From Octopus sinensis (Eukaryota), in the NCBI RefSeq assembly GCF_006345805.1, contig NW_021826546.1, forward strand, positions 1 to 12,231: a stretch of DNA of 12,231 nucleotides, written 5' to 3'. The stretch's first letter is position 1. Each line of letters starts with the position of its first letter. Shown here one piece after another: positions 8,414 through 12,231 of this stretch. The notes below the pieces were generated by a model that saw only the letters and a program-made list of their open reading frames with translations, did no database searches and was not told the origin of the DNA. The translations under genes and the position numbers were made by a program.

Positions 8414-8479
8414 ACACACACACACACACACACACACTCACACATATATATCTATATATATGTATATATATACATTGAC

Positions 8480-8600
8480 CTGCTCGCTTAGCCAGCGGGG
8501 TGGCGTCATTTGAAGGCTAAAACAATGCGAAGCGCATTGTGACCAGCAATGTGTAACAACATCTGATAGCCTGGTCGGTCACGGTGATCACGGTGATATA
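8480..8600 (+). mobile_element. Terminal fragment of a repeat related to 5682-6350
   Basis: 8534-8569 matches the reverse complement of 5688-5722 at 33/36 positions. Confidence 0.55.
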
Positions 8601-8827
8601 TATACATACAAATACACATACTTATACAAACATATACACACATACACACATACAAACACACACACATATATATGTACATGTATATATACACTTATTCATA
8701 TACACATTTGTATCAATTTTTTATCATCTTTACATATCCTTCAACGTTATTGCTCACTCCTTGTCTGTTAAACCGTTTGCAAAACACTTTGATACGAAGA
8801 AATGAATTCTGGCTGCAGACAAATAAA

Positions 8828-8833
8828 ATTATT

Positions 8834-8920
<87 letters not shown>

Positions 8921-8958
8921 TATTATTATTATTATTATTATTTATTTATATTATTATT
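8828..8958. repeat. (ATT)n/(ATC)n microsatellite
   Basis: Directly visible. It produces the poly-I/Y ORFs. Confidence 0.95.
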
Positions 8959-9331
8959 AATTTGTCACATGACATTTGAAAAGATTCTCAGTGTTAGGGT
9001 GGGTAATGTTTAGGCTTTTTTTTTATGTTCCAGTCCAGTACTGCTAAACCATATGTTTTCGCTGGTATTGCAAACATGTTAATGACGCAACTGATTATTT
9101 ATTGTGGCTCTTAAATGAATATTTATAATTACTTTTTTCTATCAAAATATTTACTTCTCATCCTCAATGACACCAATTCCCGTACACAACTTTACTTGCA
9201 TCTGCACTCAAGGACATATAAAATGCTACATGGTTCTGATTCTGTAATATTTTCAATCCATGGAACTGAAAATTATCGCTCGACTTACGAATATACTTAG
9301 TTTATGTATTTATTTGTTTTTGTTTTGGGCC

Positions 9332-9950
9332 CTGAGCTCATCAGAAGGTGGTCTGCCGCATGCACTGAATGGGGTCGCTGCTAAGTGCAACAAGGCAGGG
9401 AGGAGAATAAGTGTTGCGAATGCTGAGACGTTGGTCTTCTCAAGAAAGTCTTCCCTGTGCACTTTGCATGTTAATGCAACACTGCTGACACATTTGAAGT
9501 TTAAGTATTTCGGTGGCATATCCACGAGTGATGAGAACCAAGTGACTGAATTGGATGCTGGAAATGCTGGTGCAGACACAGTAAAAGTGCCAGCTCCATC
9601 ATTCGATCCTCGGAAGATAAGAGGTTGGTAGAAAAGCCAGACTCGCTACTTTAAATTCGGTCTTTGTCTCTGTCTTCCTCAAAGATTCTGAATGCTAGAT
9701 AATGACCTAAAGAATACAACTGCTAATAGAAGCGACCGAAAAGAGATTCTTTCGTAGGATCTCTGGAGTATCGATACTCGATGGGGTGTATAGCTCGGAG
9801 ATCAGGGAGTCTCTCCCGGTCAGGATGCTACTTCTCCGTATTGAGAGGTCACAGCTCCGGTACCACGGATACATGATTAAAAGATCACAGGAAAGAATAT
9901 CAAGGCAAATTCTTCAAGCTGAGTAACCGGCGAAAGATCCTGGAGATATA
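9332..9950 (+). pseudogene. RTE-clade (Rex3/Expander-like) LINE fragment, RT C-terminal region, degraded
   Basis: LSSSEGGLPHALNGVAAKCNKAGRRISVANAETLVFSRK...KFKYFG, then after frameshifts EATEKRF/RRISGVSILDGVYSSEIRESL..LLLRIERSQLRYHGYMIK. This is typical RTE post-YADD and thumb sequence. Confidence 0.85.
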
Positions 9951-10388
9951 TCTGTGAAGCTAGCGGTTACAAGGATGAAGACTGCAAGAACTGTTTTCTA
10001 GTTATTATTTCATCATGATATCATCAAATTTGTAAACCTCTAAGATTTTGGAGAATCAGACACGTAGAACTGAATCGAAAATATTTTTTATATTGAATCC
10101 AAATACAAGTTCTTCGTAATCAACATAGGCACGTGGCATATTGTTCATGAAGTCATCGATTACCGCCTGATCGTCGTGCTTTGCTCCTCTTCACGTTTGG
10201 CAAGAATGGAATGCTTGCACTTCTGCTTTCTGTGGAAGGGACGTGTTCTGCTGGTCAGACGGTCCATTTGATGTCAACATCTGAGCCTGGAGGACTTAAC
10301 ACGCCGTGGATGATAATGCGCTGAGGCGAAGACATCTCTAGCATTTCCTTGATGGTGAACAAGTGTGGTCGACGTTTGCCAGACGCGC

Positions 10389-10480
<92 letters not shown>
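10389..10480. repeat. Pure (ATT)n array of about 30 units, forming the (TAA)n tail or target of the adjacent LINE
   Basis: Directly visible and abuts the LINE 3' UTR. Confidence 0.95.
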
Positions 10481-10898
10481 TTTATAGCGTGCTTTCACTT
10501 CACTACCGAGCGCAGCTCTGTGTGCCTTGGGTATGTGCTGTGATTTGTTGTGATGCTCTGATGGTTATTGTATGGAAAGTGTTCTACGTAGGATGTGTGC
10601 AGTGCCTAGTAGTGCAATTTTCTGTATGTTATATGTGTTTGTAAGTCCTGGGTTTTGTTATGTATTTGTCTGAATATTTTTTTATCATGCCTAATGCACT
10701 ACTATGATAGGAATTGTTTCTGTTTTCAGGTTCCACATTCTAGTTATCTCTATTTCCAGGTCTTTTATTTTGTGAGTTCTCCATTTCTTTTAGAGACACG
10801 TTGTCATCTGCCGGTATTGATACATCAATTAGAAAGCATTTTTTTTCTTCATGATCCTGACAACTATATCTGGTCTGTTGGCCTTAATTTCTCTATCT

Positions 10899-10900
<2 letters not shown>
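10481..10900 (-). mobile_element. R4/Dong-like non-LTR retrotransposon 3' end (restriction-like endonuclease plus 3' UTR), 5'-truncated
   Basis: With frameshifts the minus strand reads TDREIKANRPDIVV..KCFLIDVSIPADDNVSLKE..KDLEIEITRMWNLKTETIPIIV..ALGMIKK..YNIQKIALLGTAHILRRTLSIQ* (stop at 10565-10567). RPD...IDV is the PD-(D/E)xK motif. Confidence 0.9.
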
Positions 10901-10931
<31 letters not shown>

Positions 10932-10960
10932 TATTATTGTATTATTATTATTATTATTAT
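10901..10960. repeat. (ATT)n array on the 5' side of the R4/Dong fragment
   Basis: Directly visible. Confidence 0.9.
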
Positions 10961-10970
10961 GTTTTCGCTT

Positions 10971-11062
10971 CGATAAAACAAGTACCAGTTCAGTACTGGG
11001 GTCGATGTAATCGACTTACCCTCTCCCTCGAAAATGCTGGCCTTGTGTCAAAAATTGAAATC
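10971..11062 (+). mobile_element. SINE 3' fragment
   Basis: CGATAAAACAAGTACCAG...GGGGTCGATGTAATCGAC resembles the 3' domain GGGGTCGATTTGCTCGAC of the SINE at ~4760. Confidence 0.6.
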
Positions 11063-11092
11063 ATCATCATCATTATTATTATTGCTTTCTCT

Positions 11093-11254
11093 TTATCTTT
11101 GTAACAATTCTACTGGGTACTCCATCCAGATTTCATATATATTCCCTTTGATGCCTTCTGATACTGTTCCCAAGGACCCAACAATAATTGGCACTATCTT
11201 CACCATTTTTCATAGCCGGGTTATTTCGTACTTATTTTTTCGCTTTTCTTCTTG
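11093..11254 (-). pseudogene. Second, divergent R4/Dong-like RLE C-terminal relic
   Basis: KEKRKNKYEITRL*KMVKIVPIIVGSLGTVSEG..PVELLQ parallels EITRMWNLKTETIPIIV.ALG..NIQ of the neighbouring copy. It is followed by (TAA)(TGA) repeats. Confidence 0.65.
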
Positions 11255-11384
11255 ATTATTCGTGGGTCAAAGGGGCACACAATATCAACTATATAGCACA
11301 TTTAGTGCATCTGATTGACCACCACTAGGTCCGATCTATTATATTCTAGCATCTGGTCTGTTTGGATTATTATTATTATTAATG

Positions 11385-12231
11385 TTGGGTTGTTCAGAAA
11401 GGTTGTGCCGATTTTTAAAGGTAAGAAAAAGGTCAATAAATACTTGTCATTACATTTTTAATCAACCAAATATGAACCATTTTGTTGCACAATGCGTCTC
11501 CATCTTTCCTTTAACTTGAAAATACCCTCTTCCCAGAATTGAGGTGATTTCATGGCAAAGAATTCATCAAGGTATGTTTTTACGTCATCCAAGGAATTGA
11601 AATTTTTACCATTAAGACTATTCTGCAGAGACCTGAATAAGTGGAAATCCGAATATCTGGTGAATATGGAGGATGGGGTAACACATCCCGGCCGAGCTGC
11701 AGCAATTTTTGTCTGGTTCCCAAAGAAACGTGCGGTCTTGCATTATCATGTTGGAAAACAACACCCTCCTGTTGGCTAATTCTGGACGTTTCTCTTGAAT
11801 TGCTGCTTTTAACTCGTCCAGTTGTGTGCAGTATTTCTCAGAATTAATTGTCTGCTTACTTGGGAGAAGCTCATAGTACAGAATTCCTTTCCAATCCCAC
11901 CAGACACAAAGCAAGACTTTTTTTGGGGGTGAAGACCCGCTTTTGGGGTAGCTATGGGTGTCTCGTGTCGCTTACTCCAGGATCGCTTTCTCTGAACATT
12001 TCGGTAGATAATCCATTTCTCATCACCAGTTACAATTTGCTTTAAAAAAGGCGCGTTTTCATTCCGTTTATAAAGCGAATCACAGATAGAAATGCGATCC
12101 AAAAGGTTCTTCTCACTCAACTCATGTGGTACCCAAGCGTCGTAGCGATTTGTGTACCCAAGCTTTACCAGGTGCTCATGAACGACGGATTTTGATAGGT
12201 TGAGGCTTTCTGCCAATTCTCGGGTTGTGCA
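11385..12231 (-). mobile_element. Mariner (DD34D) transposon, mellifera-subfamily-like, running off the window end
   Basis: TIR-like TTGGGTTGTTCAGAAAGGTTGTGCCGATTTT at 11385-11415. Transposase motifs WVPHEL, TGDEKW, HDNARPH and PPYSPDI. Confidence 0.95.
11458..12231 (-). pseudogene. Mariner transposase pseudogene with three frameshifts
   Basis: Frameshifts occur at ~11920 (C5A7 run in GLHPKK), at ~11765 (before FQHDN) and at ~11652 (about 7 nt lost from YSPDIAPSD). The reconstructed end is DFHLFRSLQNSLNGKNF...WRRIVQQNGSYLVD*, with the stop at 11458-11460. Confidence 0.92.

Noticed and set aside
8740-8830. Candidate 55-nt host micro-exon on the minus strand (ctgcag|...|gtgagc)
   Set aside because: There is no recognisable peptide or other support, and such sites are common by chance.
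9338-9344. CTGATGA on the minus strand
   Set aside because: It is the antisense of RTE coding sequence and has no downstream GAAA or stems.

Overview
AT-rich eukaryotic non-genic (intronic or intergenic) DNA, very likely from an octopus. That assignment is inferred from recognisable tRNA-derived SINE families and dense (TA)n/(CA)n/(TAA)n microsatellites. No credible host exon was found, and most listed ORFs are microsatellite artefacts. The window is a stack of transposon relics: two Penelope-like element (PLE) ORF remnants (a GIY-YIG end on +, an N-terminal part on -), a Tc2/pogo-type MITE, four SINE copies or fragments, an RTE LINE fragment, two R4/Dong-type LINE ends in (TAA)n arrays, a frameshifted mellifera-like mariner and a 1.2-kb foldback. 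The main discovery is a type I hammerhead ribozyme with an intact core (8014-8073, -) just upstream of the PLE ORF, possibly inside an intron. Four further variant or relic hammerhead-like motifs occur in two other repeat families.
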